Shown here piece after piece: positions 1 to 9,922 of a DNA stretch of 64,000 nucleotides; positions within the stretch are counted from its first letter, which is position 1; the number at the start of each line of letters is the position of its first letter. The notes below the pieces were generated by a model. The model saw nothing but the letters and a program-made list of their open reading frames with translations, ran no database searches and was not told the DNA's origin. Source of the stretch: a virus; the IMG/VR virus record IMGVR_UViG_3300031718_000005, positions 4,280-68,279 of that record; one strand, 5' to 3'. The translations under genes were made by a program, and so were the position numbers.

Positions 1-46
1 CAATGGCTGTTGCAACCGCTGGGAAGCAGATGACACACGCGGACAG

Positions 47-118
47 ATGAGCGCCAATCAACTCATGGACAAGCTTCTGCCAAACCGCTCCAGTTATTTC
101 GCGAGCCGCACCAAATGA
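47..118 (+). CDS. tiny ORF (23 aa) wedged between an ORF entering from the left edge and terL
   Basis: The ATG at 47 overlaps the TGA (48-50) of the upstream ORF. Its own TGA (116-118) overlaps the terL ATG (115-117). Below the ORF-track cutoff, read by eye. Confidence 0.25.
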   Translation: MSANQLMDKLLPNRSSYFASRTK

Positions 119-2604
119 CCAAGTACCCACGCGATCCAGCTTCCGGCATTCCCATTCCACCGGAGCCGCAGAAACGCCGCACGCCAAAGGAGCAGCAAAG
201 CACCAGAGCCTTCACTGAACTCATTCGCCTGCACAAAATCTGGATGGATCAGCAGGCTATACTTGGAGCCGAAGAATCGCTTAAAAAGTTCCTCAAGTTG
301 GCGTGGCCCGCGATTGAGCCTGGTTACGAGTATGTGGATGGATGGCATATCGACGCCATCTGCGATCACGTTCAGGCGGTGATGGACGGAGAGATACGGA
401 AACTGCTTATCAACGTCCCGCCGCGTTCAACCAAATCCAGCATCGTCAGCGTTGCTCTGCCCGCATGGAGATGGATAAAAGTTCCCGAGTATCGTTGGCT
501 GTGCTGTTCCTACGATCTAAAATTAGCGAAGGACGATTCCCGCCGGTGTCGTGACCTCATCCGTTCAGACTGGTTCCAGAAAAACTGGGGGGACAAATTC
601 CAGATCGACCGCAACCAGGATGAGAAGCAATTCTTCGCCAATGACCATAAGGGCTGGCGTATCGCAGCCTCAACCGATACAGGTTCTACTGGACGCGGCG
701 GCGACTGCATTATTTACGACGACTTGAACGACGTCAATCAGATGAACTTCGATGCCTACATCGATAATGTAATCAATTTCCATGAACGGGTAACCCCAAG
801 CCGGTTGAACGACCAAAAAACAGGCACGCGCATATCTGTGCAGCAGAGGTCGCACGAACGAGACATCACCGGCCATATTCTCTCCAAGGAGTTCGGCTGG
901 GTACACCTAAACATCCCGATGGAGTACGAGGGGAAACGACCGGCCACAGTACTTGGCTGGACCGATCCCCGCGAAACCGAGGGCGAGTTAATGTGTCCGG
1001 CAAGAACCGGCCCAACCGAAGTTGCCGATTTGAAAGTGTCCCTAGGGCCAATTGCTTACAATGGTCAGTACCAACAACGTCCTTCTCCTGGTGAAGGAGC
1101 GAAGTTCAAACGGGAATGGTGGAGATTCTACAACCCTCCCGGATTCAAGCAAACCGACGAAGCTGGGAACACGCTGCCGGTTCGCCTATCTCTTCCCGAT
1201 GGAAAGATTTTAGAACGGATGCCGGTTGAATGCCCTCCGGCCTTTGAGCAAGTCTTGCAAGCCTGGGACATGGCGTTCAAAGAAGAGAAGGACTCCAACA
1301 ACGTCTGCGGGCAAGCATGGGGGCGCGTAGGGTCGAATGTGTTTCTGTTGTCGCGGGACTGCTCCCGCAAGGACTTTCCCAAAACGATAGCAGCAGTGCG
1401 AAAGATGAGCCAGGAGTTTCCGTGTCCCGAAAAACTGGTGGAAGACAAGGCCAACGGACCGGCTGTCTTGCAAACCTTAAAGAACGAGATTCCGGGGCTA
1501 ATCCCTTCACCGATAATTGGGGGCCTTGAATCGCTGGCAACCGCATCAACTGGTTATGTGGAGGCTGGAAATGTCTATTTGCCCAATCCCGCCGTGGCTC
1601 CTTGGGTCCTCGACTATATCGAACAGTTCGCGGTCTTCCCGCGAGGCAAGACTGATGATGATGTTGCGGCGCAGTCTCACGCTCTAAGGAGGCTGTTTGA
1701 TTCGGTCGCCAATTCCTCCGTCCCAGAGTTTCGGGTTGTTCCTCGACTCAATGAGCCAAAATCAGCTTGCCACGTCGAAGAAAGTTCTGCCTTACTAGCA
1801 AGTCTCGCTCCGCACTGGCGCAGATGGGTATCGCTATCGCCTGGAGCCGCGCTGTGGTTGTGCGAGACACCCACTCGCTCTATTAGGGTTTATCGTGAAC
1901 TGGATCTCGACAAGATTGACGCGCATGAAACCGGGCGGAGAATCGCCCAAGCCTCGATCCAGGACGTAACCGCTTTTACGCGGGCGATTCATGAAACCGC
2001 GAGATGGCACTGCGACATCTTCATGGAGAAGGAATGCTTCGCGGCCATCGAACCAATCGGGTGTTACGCGGAACTGGTAGCCGAAGGCATTCGCACTTAT
2101 GAGCCGGATCAAGGCGACTTATATCAACGTCAGGCCACAAAAGAAGCGTTGGGGCGGATTGCCTTTTCTCCCGAGCTAATCGAAGTAGAGGACGCGGCCT
2201 GGGACCGGTTGAGAGACTTACTACGCTTCGCGCCCGCCGATTTCCAAACTCTCGATTACGACCGCACCGAGGCGATGAATCTCTACCGCAGAGATCCAGA
2301 AGCCTGGAGAAGCTACATGGCCTCCTGCTATGGACAGGTGCATGGCGAATGGCCCAAGATCAAGCTGTCTAGCGATTGCAAATGGACGCTTGCCGCCATG
2401 GGAGCCGCTAACCGCAATGACAAAGCGGTAGTCAATCCGTTCATGCAGGCATTGCTGATCGGAATCACCATTCCCGATTCAGTCGCACAACCCAAACTGC
2501 GAGAAATACCGTGGGTGGGCAACGGAGCGAAAGGCAGGCTGCCGAATCGCGGGGGAGCGCATCGCACTCGGCAAGGGATACGCCGATTCGGCATGGTGGG
2601 ATGA
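115..2604 (+). CDS. terL: terminase large subunit with about 300 aa C-terminal extension
   Basis: 829 aa. Walker A-like PPRSTKSS, Walker B-like GGDCIIYDDLND and a QQRSHERD coupling motif. RNaseH-like nuclease part (AWDMAF, VEDKANG, DDDVAAQSHAL). First gene of the morphogenesis block. Confidence 0.9.
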   Translation: MTKYPRDPASGIPIPPEPQKRRTPKEQQSTRAFTELIRLHKIWMDQQAILGAEESLKKFLKLAWPAIEPGYEYVDGWHIDAICDHVQAVMDGEIRKLLINVPPRSTKSSIVSVALPAWRWIKVPEYRWLCCSYDLKLAKDDSRRCRDLIRSDWFQKNWGDKFQIDRNQDEKQFFANDHKGWRIAASTDTGSTGRGGDCIIYDDLNDVNQMNFDAYIDNVINFHERVTPSRLNDQKTGTRISVQQRSHERDITGHILSKEFGWVHLNIPMEYEGKRPATVLGWTDPRETEGELMCPARTGPTEVADLKVSLGPIAYNGQYQQRPSPGEGAKFKREWWRFYNPPGFKQTDEAGNTLPVRLSLPDGKILERMPVECPPAFEQVLQAWDMAFKEEKDSNNVCGQAWGRVGSNVFLLSRDCSRKDFPKTIAAVRKMSQEFPCPEKLVEDKANGPAVLQTLKNEIPGLIPSPIIGGLESLATASTGYVEAGNVYLPNPAVAPWVLDYIEQFAVFPRGKTDDDVAAQSHALRRLFDSVANSSVPEFRVVPRLNEPKSACHVEESSALLASLAPHWRRWVSLSPGAALWLCETPTRSIRVYRELDLDKIDAHETGRRIAQASIQDVTAFTRAIHETARWHCDIFMEKECFAAIEPIGCYAELVAEGIRTYEPDQGDLYQRQATKEALGRIAFSPELIEVEDAAWDRLRDLLRFAPADFQTLDYDRTEAMNLYRRDPEAWRSYMASCYGQVHGEWPKIKLSSDCKWTLAAMGAANRNDKAVVNPFMQALLIGITIPDSVAQPKLREIPWVGNGAKGRLPNRGGAHRTRQGIRRFGMVG

Positions 2605-2649
2605 TGACAACCGAAGCCAAGGCAAGATTAAAGTAAGACGGTTCATTAA

Positions 2650-2970
2650 ATGATAAACTTGACCATACCAATTGACCAACTTCAGGTGGAAGTCTACACC
2701 ACTAAGCGAGGCCGCAACATGGCCATCGTTATTGGCGACATGACACTGTATCTCGACGCCAAGCAATCACTGGAATTGCTCGATGGCATAACAGCCCATA
2801 TCCAAGAACTTAGTTGGGATGAATATTCAGAAGACGAAGACAACGAAGTGGTAAGACGGCTTAAAGCGCTGGATAAGGAATCTCTCTTGTGCGCGGCTCT
2901 AACGACCCTACGGGGACAAGGCATTTGTGCTGCGGGGTCTGGAAAATATAATGAACAAGCAGAAACTTAA
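2650..2970 (+). CDS. hypothetical protein
   Basis: 106 aa acidic ORF between terL and portal. No motif recognised. Confidence 0.5.
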   Translation: MINLTIPIDQLQVEVYTTKRGRNMAIVIGDMTLYLDAKQSLELLDGITAHIQELSWDEYSEDEDNEVVRRLKALDKESLLCAALTTLRGQGICAAGSGKYNEQAET

Positions 2971-3262
2971 TAGGCGCGGGCTGCTTTCAGTCATCGCGGC
3001 GGCAATAACCGCTCGGAGCGTCCCAAGTCAATCCGCTAACGAATTATCGCCGGAACAGGTTTGGACGGCACGACAACTACAGAAGGCCGACTTATACGGT
3101 TCTCTAGGGCTATCTGATCCAGGAAATATCCTAAAGATACAAGAATGCCTTGAGCTTTCAGCGTCCTCCACCGTCAATGCCATAGTTAATAGTATCGCGA
3201 GGCCCGATATTTTAAAGGAGCACCATGGGAGCACTACTGATCGGAATTGGAAAACGCGGTAA
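2951..3262 (+). CDS. small protein with twin-arginine-like signal peptide
   Basis: Starts at an internal ATG of track ORF 2927..3262. The N-terminus MNKQKLNRRGLLSVIAAAITARSVPSQSA looks like a Tat signal. Confidence 0.45.
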   Translation: MNKQKLNRRGLLSVIAAAITARSVPSQSANELSPEQVWTARQLQKADLYGSLGLSDPGNILKIQECLELSASSTVNAIVNSIARPDILKEHHGSTTDRNWKTR

Positions 3263-3269
3263 GCCGTCG

Positions 3270-3590
3270 ATGCCGCCGCCGGAACGCGAGACGCCTAAGC
3301 CAACGGCTAAAGCAGCGCTGAAGCCCGGTGACGAACCGGATGACGACGATCAGGACGACGACAAGCTCTCACCCGAGAAGGCAATCGTGATTCGCGCTGG
3401 GGACCATTGCGTGTCATGCAAGAACTATCACCCCGATACCGGCGAGTGCGACGAAGTGGAGGGAACGTTTGAGCCAGATGACGCTTGTTGGGCCGCGTTT
3501 AAGCCGATGGGTGGTGGTGACGAACAAGAGCAAGACGCTTCGCCTGCCGCTCCGCCGCAAGCAAATCCAGATTCAGGACCGCCGCGATAA
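3270..3590 (+). CDS. acidic Cys-cluster protein
   Basis: Starts at an internal ATG of ORF 3225..3590. Pro/Asp-rich N-part followed by HCVSCKNYHPDTGEC...DDAC. Confidence 0.5.
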   Translation: MPPPERETPKPTAKAALKPGDEPDDDDQDDDKLSPEKAIVIRAGDHCVSCKNYHPDTGECDEVEGTFEPDDACWAAFKPMGGGDEQEQDASPAAPPQANPDSGPPR

Positions 3591-3994
3591 TGTTCTACTC
3601 CGCGCTTCGTACTCAATTCTCCAGGGCCATGGCCGAACTGGAAGCCCTTCGCGCCCTCTATGAGCAAGAGCGCTCGGCCCGACAACGTTTGGAAGCGTTA
3701 GTACCTGAGCTACGAAAGCAACTGGAAGCCGCCGAAGAACGAGCGGCACGTTTCGAGAAGAATTACGTTGATGCCACGCTCTCTCATTCCCGCACGTTGG
3801 AAGGCGTAATTCTATCCAACGCTGGGATTGAACCGACTTTACCTACGCGTGTAGCCAGTGGCGAACAACGCGAGGTCAAACCGCCGCCTTCGCCGACTAC
3901 TCCGTTTCGCAGATTGCAACACTCGCTCATTCGGGAAGCCGTTAAAGACCTGAAGAACTCCGCTATCAAAGAGATCACCAAAACAGTTCAGTAG
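3590..3994 (+). CDS. coiled-coil protein
   Basis: 134 aa, heptad-rich Glu/Arg/Leu N-half. TAATG junction with the upstream gene. Confidence 0.6.
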   Translation: MFYSALRTQFSRAMAELEALRALYEQERSARQRLEALVPELRKQLEAAEERAARFEKNYVDATLSHSRTLEGVILSNAGIEPTLPTRVASGEQREVKPPPSPTTPFRRLQHSLIREAVKDLKNSAIKEITKTVQ

Positions 3995-3997
3995 ACC

Positions 3998-6460
3998 ATG
4001 GAAGCTATAGCCCCAGCCCCTCCCGCACCATCGGTGGACGAATTAATCGCTCTGCTCGAAAATCCCGTCAAGGACGTGATGCGGACGGAAATGTCGGACG
4101 AAAACGACCCCGACCGCGTATGGATACTGCGCAAGAACTTCAACAACTACATCTACTCCAGGGGCCTTCAGAATTACGCTTCGCTGCTGACCCAATCGAT
4201 TCTGGCTCTGACCTCGCAGGGCGGTCCAGGTGTGGATTTAGGAGCGGACGAGGAGCCGACCGGACTCTACGACTACACCCAAAAGCACTATACCGGGTTC
4301 AAGCGCAAGTTTGTCGCTGTGATCGGAAACCGGCTGGCGAACATGATCGCCGTGCCGAACAATTCCAACGACGAGGAAGGAGTTCGGGCAACACGCTCGG
4401 CAAACCCGGCTGCGCTTTACCTGAGACAGAAGTGCGATCTGGAATCGAAGTTTCTGGATCAGGCGGCACGCATCTTCGACTACGGGACAACGTTCTGGCA
4501 TCTCGATTGGGTTGAGGATGGCGATAAGTACGGTTATCGCGACGAACCACAGCATCAAATTCAGCAGCAGCCCCTCGGAAACGCACGGTTCGATTGTCCG
4601 AACTGCGGAGCTAGTGTCCCGTCAGACGGTAACCCGCAAACTGCACCACCAGTTTGTCCGCAGTGCGGGACACAACTAGGCCCTCAGCACTTCGTTCCGC
4701 CTACGATGGTTCCGACTCCCGTACAGACCGGAACGAAGAAAGTCCCCAAGGGAGCGCTGGAGATCGACCTGAAAGACGCAAACGAAATCTCCGTGCCACT
4801 AGATTCGACTTGTGTTGACGATTGCGATTGGCTCCGATGGGACCGCGAAGAACCAAAAGGGAAATTGCTTCGCAAGTACGGCAGAGACAAATTGAGCGAC
4901 TTTGATGGTAACGATCAAGGGCATGATACGGTGTCATCGCAACTCGGAGAATTCATCCGATCTGCCATGGCCTCGCCGATTGGCTTAGTTCGGCCTAATC
5001 GTCCTAACCGATGGACATGTTCTGACATATGGTGGACGCCCAACCAATATGAATTGGTGCCAGACAAGACGGCCCGCGAAACGCTTAAATCCCAATTTTC
5101 AGATGGGGCCAGATTTTGTTTCGTCAAGGGAAAGTTGGTTGACCTGAAGGCTGAAAAACTTCAGGACCGCTGGCAGGAAACCAAACCTGAACCGGCCCCG
5201 CGAATCATGACCGACGCCTTAGGGGACGAATGGACGGAAACGACCGACATCGCCAACAACGTCATGAACCAGTGCGAGCAGAACGTGGCCCGGAGCAATT
5301 TGCCACTGTTCATGAACAGCAGCAAGGTCGATTCCGACGCTTGGGCTAATAGGAACACGCTTCCTGGCGATGCGTTCTTTATCCTGCCACGTGCTGGTCG
5401 TGCGCTATCGGACGAAATTCATCAACCGCAGTCTTTGATGTTCTCCGAACAAGCCCCGCAATTTCGCGCCGGTGTAATTGAGGACGCGAAGTCCAATACC
5501 GGCCTGGTAGACGCTATCTGGGGCGGTGGTGAACCTGATCCCACGGCGCGTCAGACGTTGCTCAAAACCAATCAGGCTTTGATGCAGTTGGGAACGCACT
5601 GGACGCAGATCCGTAAGTCTCTTGAGAAACTGATGCTGAAGGCGTGTAAGTTGCTTTCCCAGTACTCCGAGGGAGTCATCGAGTTTTCCAAGAAAAACCA
5701 GTTTGGCAGATTTGACACGTTGAGTTTCACCACGGAAGACCTGAGAAGTGATTCCTATCATTTCGAAGCCGACGAAGCCATTCCGGTTAATTGGGGGCAG
5801 CAACGCGATCAGTTGATGTGGCTGTTAGGACAAATCGGCGAGAATCCGCAATTGGCGACAATGATGGGCTTGACCGATCCGTTCAACGTGTTCGAGTTCA
5901 AGCAACTGATCGGTATTCCAGGGATGCACACCCCGCAATTCGACGCCCGCGAGAAGTGCATGGATGTGATCGCCACTCTAATTTCCGACGTATCCGCTGG
6001 GCCAAATGGCGAGCGTCCCAAGCAACAAATGCAACCCGGACCTCCCGGCCCAGATGGTCAACCCGGCCCTCCGCAACCAACCGTACAGCCAGATTGGGAA
6101 GACGATCACGCTTTCTTCTCGATGGCGGTGAAAGCGTACCTGTTGGACAATTCCGACTTGAAAACCAGCAGCCCTGACGCTTACGCCAATATTCAGGCTT
6201 ATGGGCAGGCGCAAGACGCCATGGCCAATCCGCCGCAACCTCCAGCGGAGCCTAAGAAGACCTTCTCGGTGTCACTAAAGGGTTCCGATGTTGGTGTTCA
6301 AGCCGTCCAGGACATGCTGACTAAGGAAGGTATGCTAGACCCGAACACCCCAGTAGAATCGGATGCCGACAAGAAGTTAGCGCAGACAGATCAGATGAAC
6401 CAACAGCAATTGGCCGCGCAAACGGCTATGCCTGCCCCTAACGGTGCAGCGATTCAGTAG
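3998..6460 (+). CDS. portal protein (by size and position)
   Basis: 820 aa, the first large ORF after terL and followed by scaffold-like and capsid-like genes. Contains a CPNCG...CPQCG zinc-ribbon insert. No portal motif verifiable by eye. Confidence 0.7.
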   Translation: MEAIAPAPPAPSVDELIALLENPVKDVMRTEMSDENDPDRVWILRKNFNNYIYSRGLQNYASLLTQSILALTSQGGPGVDLGADEEPTGLYDYTQKHYTGFKRKFVAVIGNRLANMIAVPNNSNDEEGVRATRSANPAALYLRQKCDLESKFLDQAARIFDYGTTFWHLDWVEDGDKYGYRDEPQHQIQQQPLGNARFDCPNCGASVPSDGNPQTAPPVCPQCGTQLGPQHFVPPTMVPTPVQTGTKKVPKGALEIDLKDANEISVPLDSTCVDDCDWLRWDREEPKGKLLRKYGRDKLSDFDGNDQGHDTVSSQLGEFIRSAMASPIGLVRPNRPNRWTCSDIWWTPNQYELVPDKTARETLKSQFSDGARFCFVKGKLVDLKAEKLQDRWQETKPEPAPRIMTDALGDEWTETTDIANNVMNQCEQNVARSNLPLFMNSSKVDSDAWANRNTLPGDAFFILPRAGRALSDEIHQPQSLMFSEQAPQFRAGVIEDAKSNTGLVDAIWGGGEPDPTARQTLLKTNQALMQLGTHWTQIRKSLEKLMLKACKLLSQYSEGVIEFSKKNQFGRFDTLSFTTEDLRSDSYHFEADEAIPVNWGQQRDQLMWLLGQIGENPQLATMMGLTDPFNVFEFKQLIGIPGMHTPQFDAREKCMDVIATLISDVSAGPNGERPKQQMQPGPPGPDGQPGPPQPTVQPDWEDDHAFFSMAVKAYLLDNSDLKTSSPDAYANIQAYGQAQDAMANPPQPPAEPKKTFSVSLKGSDVGVQAVQDMLTKEGMLDPNTPVESDADKKLAQTDQMNQQQLAAQTAMPAPNGAAIQ

Positions 6461-6469
6461 AAAGGATTT

Positions 6470-7783
6470 ATGGAAACAGCATTAGCAACACCCGCAGCAG
6501 CAGAAGCGCCCGTCTCGGCACCAGCGGAGACGATGGACAGCGCCCTTAACGATCTGGCGAACATGATGACCGGCACGGAGGAAACGCCTCCAGGCGAATC
6601 CCCTACCGCTCCACCGCCATCGGGCGAACCAGTTCCCGCGCATCCAGGCGGGGAAGGCCCAAGTTCGGAAGCCTCCCCCGCAGCGCAACCAACCGACGCT
6701 CCTGTCGAATACCAACTCTCCCCAGATGGCAATCACTACCTCGTGCCCAAGGATAAGATCGGCGATGTTGGGCAACTCCCGGCGGTGAGGGAATATTACG
6801 CCAAAGTCCAAGAGAAGTTTCCGACAGTGGGCGATGCTGAGGAAGCCTATAGCCGCGCCTCGCAGTTCGGCCTGATGAACACAGATTTCCTGTACGGCGA
6901 TGATAACGGCATCGACAACTTTCTTGCTTACCTCACAGGCAAAGGGGTTGACCCGGCCTATCCCGATCTGGCGAACCAGTTCAAGGGCAGCTTCGTCAAG
7001 ATGGCCCAGCGGATGCCCGATACCCTTCGTTCGGTAGATCCGCAGGCGCACTACAATTTCACCGATTCGCTCATCAAGCAGGAGATAGACGCTGCCTATT
7101 CTGCCGCCGCTGAATCAGGTAACCCCGAGCATTTTAAGGCCGCGCAATGGCTGGATTACGGCTGGAACGGGAAATACCGCACCGAACTCGGTAAGCCCGA
7201 TCCTGCCGCCCAGCAGACCAATGTACTCACCCAGAGGGAGCAAGGCATACAACAGCGTGAATCGCAATTACTTGAACGAGATTGGACGGCTTTCAATTCA
7301 TCGAAACTGGAAGGCGCGAAGTGGCAAGAGTTCAACGCCGAACTCGACCGAACCTTAGCCCCAGTCAAAGACAAGTACGACGCTACTATCTGGCCGCATG
7401 TGCGCGACGGAATCCGCCGTGACGTATTGGCCAAGATGACCAAGAACGAAGCCTGGGCCGGTCAGCACTCCGGTTCTCTCCGTGGACTGAAGGCCACCTA
7501 CGATCAACTCTGGAAAGCCGGTAAGTCTCCCGATGCGTTGACGACAAGTGCCAGAGCATATATCAACGATTTCATGATCCAAGCTCGCCGTGCGATACCC
7601 GAGGTATCCAAGGCATTACTCTCCAAGACTCCTCCCGCCAAGGCAGGAACTCCGCAGCAAGTCCCGGCAGCAACGGCGCGTCCTAACACGCCCGCCCGCG
7701 CTCCCAATGGGCAATTCGTAGAACAACAGAAAGCAGATTACGAAAAAGAGGTTGAAGCCACCGCCGGGATGCTCGGCTGGTAA
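6470..7783 (+). CDS. scaffolding-like protein
   Basis: 437 aa. Ala/Pro/Glu-rich disordered N-terminus and a helical charged body. Lies between the portal and capsid-size genes. Confidence 0.55.
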   Translation: METALATPAAAEAPVSAPAETMDSALNDLANMMTGTEETPPGESPTAPPPSGEPVPAHPGGEGPSSEASPAAQPTDAPVEYQLSPDGNHYLVPKDKIGDVGQLPAVREYYAKVQEKFPTVGDAEEAYSRASQFGLMNTDFLYGDDNGIDNFLAYLTGKGVDPAYPDLANQFKGSFVKMAQRMPDTLRSVDPQAHYNFTDSLIKQEIDAAYSAAAESGNPEHFKAAQWLDYGWNGKYRTELGKPDPAAQQTNVLTQREQGIQQRESQLLERDWTAFNSSKLEGAKWQEFNAELDRTLAPVKDKYDATIWPHVRDGIRRDVLAKMTKNEAWAGQHSGSLRGLKATYDQLWKAGKSPDALTTSARAYINDFMIQARRAIPEVSKALLSKTPPAKAGTPQQVPAATARPNTPARAPNGQFVEQQKADYEKEVEATAGMLGW

Positions 7784-7814
7784 ACCTCGCAATCTTCCCT
7801 ATTAGGAGTCTCCT

Positions 7815-9176
7815 ATGGCTGTAGGCCAATTTTCTTCACAAGTTGCGGCAACGCAGCTAGAGCAAGTACGCAAACAGTTTGCGAAACTGCTCGCCATGAA
7901 CGAATCCAAGTTCATGAAAATGTTTGTGTCCGCTTCCGAGAAACACCAAGTCTCGGCATGGACGGCGGGCACTGTCGGTTCCGGCGGCGTCGTCGCATGG
8001 CGCATTCCGGTACTCGTATCCATCGGCGGCGATTATCAGGCAGTCTCTTTGGACGCTGGCGACCTCGGTGCCGGTTCGATGATGAACACCAACTTCATGA
8101 CCGTTGGTTATTTCGCCAACGACTTGGCGTACGCTATTCCCGCACTGGCGGCAATGGCTACCAAGAACGCCACCCAGGCCATGAACAACACCCTGAAGTT
8201 CTCGTTGGGCAACGCCTTCAAGGAAATGGCGCTGTACAACGAAATAGGGTTCTTCCAGGATTCGACCGGAGTCTTGGCAACCGCCAATGGAACAGGTTCT
8301 CCGACCGTTGCGGCAGGCAAGGTAACGTACAACCTAGAACCTTCCAACTTCAGTTTCAATCGCCTTCGTTCCACCGGAGCACTGGTAGACGTTTACGATT
8401 CGACCAACACCCAGCGTCAATTGAGTTCCCGTATCCTGAGCACTAACCTGTCGCTCACGGCTCCCACGGTAACTCTCACCGTAACCGGCACCCCCACGGT
8501 CGCCAACACCGATCAAATCGCCTTCGCCGGAATGGGCGGAACAATCGGCACCTCGACCATCGCCGCAGGTTCCTGGAGAAACGGCCTCTACACCTTCTCC
8601 ACCACCAGCTCGAGTGGCAACCTGCTCGGCCTTCCTTACTCCTCGGTCAGCGAACTGATCTGCTGCCAGGTGAACGGAAACAACGGCTTCTACACTCCCT
8701 CCATCGTCTTCAGCGGTGCGGCCCAATTACGGCAACGGCGCGACGAAGAAGCGCTCTCAGGCGTAGTCGGAGTAGGAAGCTTCGCACAGCGCGTCTCCTG
8801 GTACCTCCAGGGACTCACCATCGCCAACCAACACCTTCGTCCAGGTGAAGCGGCAAGCTCGCTCGATCTGGCAGGCCAGGGTCTCAAGTACACCGACACC
8901 TGGGAAGCAGGCGACGTAACTCATCACGTCTCGCGCTACGCCAACAAATCCAGAGTAGACTGGGTCATCCCTAAGAACTACGGCTGGGTCCAACTCGACG
9001 ACATCGACTTCTTCAAAACCCCCGAGGGCCAGAAGATTTTCGTGGGCCGCGTTGCTTCCACCGGGAATCCGGCGGCGGGGTTCCAATTCTACATTTTGAA
9101 CAGTAGAAATTTGTACTGTGTAGATCCCGGAAGTAACGTGAACTACACGGCGCTAGCAATTCCTTCAGGCCAATAG
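7815..9176 (+). CDS. major capsid protein (by position)
   Basis: 453 aa, GGAG-type RBS, follows the scaffold-like gene and is followed by a long hairpin. Confidence 0.65.
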   Translation: MAVGQFSSQVAATQLEQVRKQFAKLLAMNESKFMKMFVSASEKHQVSAWTAGTVGSGGVVAWRIPVLVSIGGDYQAVSLDAGDLGAGSMMNTNFMTVGYFANDLAYAIPALAAMATKNATQAMNNTLKFSLGNAFKEMALYNEIGFFQDSTGVLATANGTGSPTVAAGKVTYNLEPSNFSFNRLRSTGALVDVYDSTNTQRQLSSRILSTNLSLTAPTVTLTVTGTPTVANTDQIAFAGMGGTIGTSTIAAGSWRNGLYTFSTTSSSGNLLGLPYSSVSELICCQVNGNNGFYTPSIVFSGAAQLRQRRDEEALSGVVGVGSFAQRVSWYLQGLTIANQHLRPGEAASSLDLAGQGLKYTDTWEAGDVTHHVSRYANKSRVDWVIPKNYGWVQLDDIDFFKTPEGQKIFVGRVASTGNPAAGFQFYILNSRNLYCVDPGSNVNYTALAIPSGQ

Positions 9177-9204
9177 AATCAACAACATGGAACACTGTTT
9201 GTCT

Positions 9205-9259
9205 CTTGACTGCGTTGGTCCACAAGGCAAGAATAGCATTGTGCCCCAGCGCAGTCAAG
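9205..9259. terminator. long imperfect hairpin between convergent capsid gene and HNH gene
   Basis: CTTGACTGCG (9205-9214) pairs with CGCAGTCAAG (9250-9259), with an inner CACAA/TTGTG pairing. No clean T-tract. Confidence 0.4.
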
Positions 9260-9270
9260 GCAAATAAGTT

Positions 9271-9822
9271 CTAAACAGACTTTGGTATGTGTTTCCACGT
9301 GATCCGATGAACAGCGAAAAATATCGCCGTCGTGTTAACGTTTTTCGAGAGAGCTATGGATCTCATGCTCTCCCTAGCTGCGTGGCGGCGGTCGATGTCC
9401 GGGATGTCTTGGGCGGTTAGCTTCGATTGTGGGAGCTTTTCTCCCCTCGCGGTTCTGCCTTTGGCGTGCCGGTCAGCGTTGTTCGTAACGCGCATTGCGC
9501 CTAGGAAAAAGTGGTGCGGATTGCAGCATTGCCGGTTATCGCAGCGATGGCAAATGTCGCATGGATACGGGTCGCCTCCGTAGAACAGACGGAAAGCGAG
9601 CCGTGAAGCACGTACCGCTCGTAGTTCGGAATTGAGACCAAACTGCCCATAGCGGGATTTTATGTTTAGACTTGCAAGCCACGGCCAACACTCATCTTCG
9701 CCACGAATGTCAACGTATGACCAAAACCTGTCAGCTTGTGCTTGGGTGATGATCGCTGGTAGGCGAATAGTTCTACCGCTGTGGGTAACTCGTCTGTTAG
9801 GTGTAGAATTGTTCTCAGGCAT
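9271..9822 (-). CDS. HNH homing-type endonuclease
   Basis: Motif CDICHRCDNRQCCNPHHFFLGAMRVTNNADR (HNH_3-like). Start moved to the ATG at 9822, which has the RBS GGAGAGGG. Opposite strand inside the structural operon. Confidence 0.8.
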   Translation of the reverse strand: MPENNSTPNRRVTHSGRTIRLPAIITQAQADRFWSYVDIRGEDECWPWLASLNIKSRYGQFGLNSELRAVRASRLAFRLFYGGDPYPCDICHRCDNRQCCNPHHFFLGAMRVTNNADRHAKGRTARGEKLPQSKLTAQDIPDIDRRHAARESMRSIALSKNVNTTAIFFAVHRITWKHIPKSV

Positions 9823-9836
9823 ATCAGCCCTCTCCT
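9808..9836. repeat. 29-bp translation-initiation cassette, copy A
   Basis: ATTGTTCTCAGGCATATCAGCCCTCTCCT matches 10431-10459 at 24 of 29 positions. It covers the RBS, the ATG and codons MP(E/D)NN of two minus-strand genes. Confidence 0.7.
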
Positions 9837-9922
9837 GTAGGGCATTGCTTAGAGCCAATAGAGGCGTGTCTGCGCTTCATTGGCTCGTATCAATTGTAGT
9901 TCTAAACACTACCGTTTGCAAG

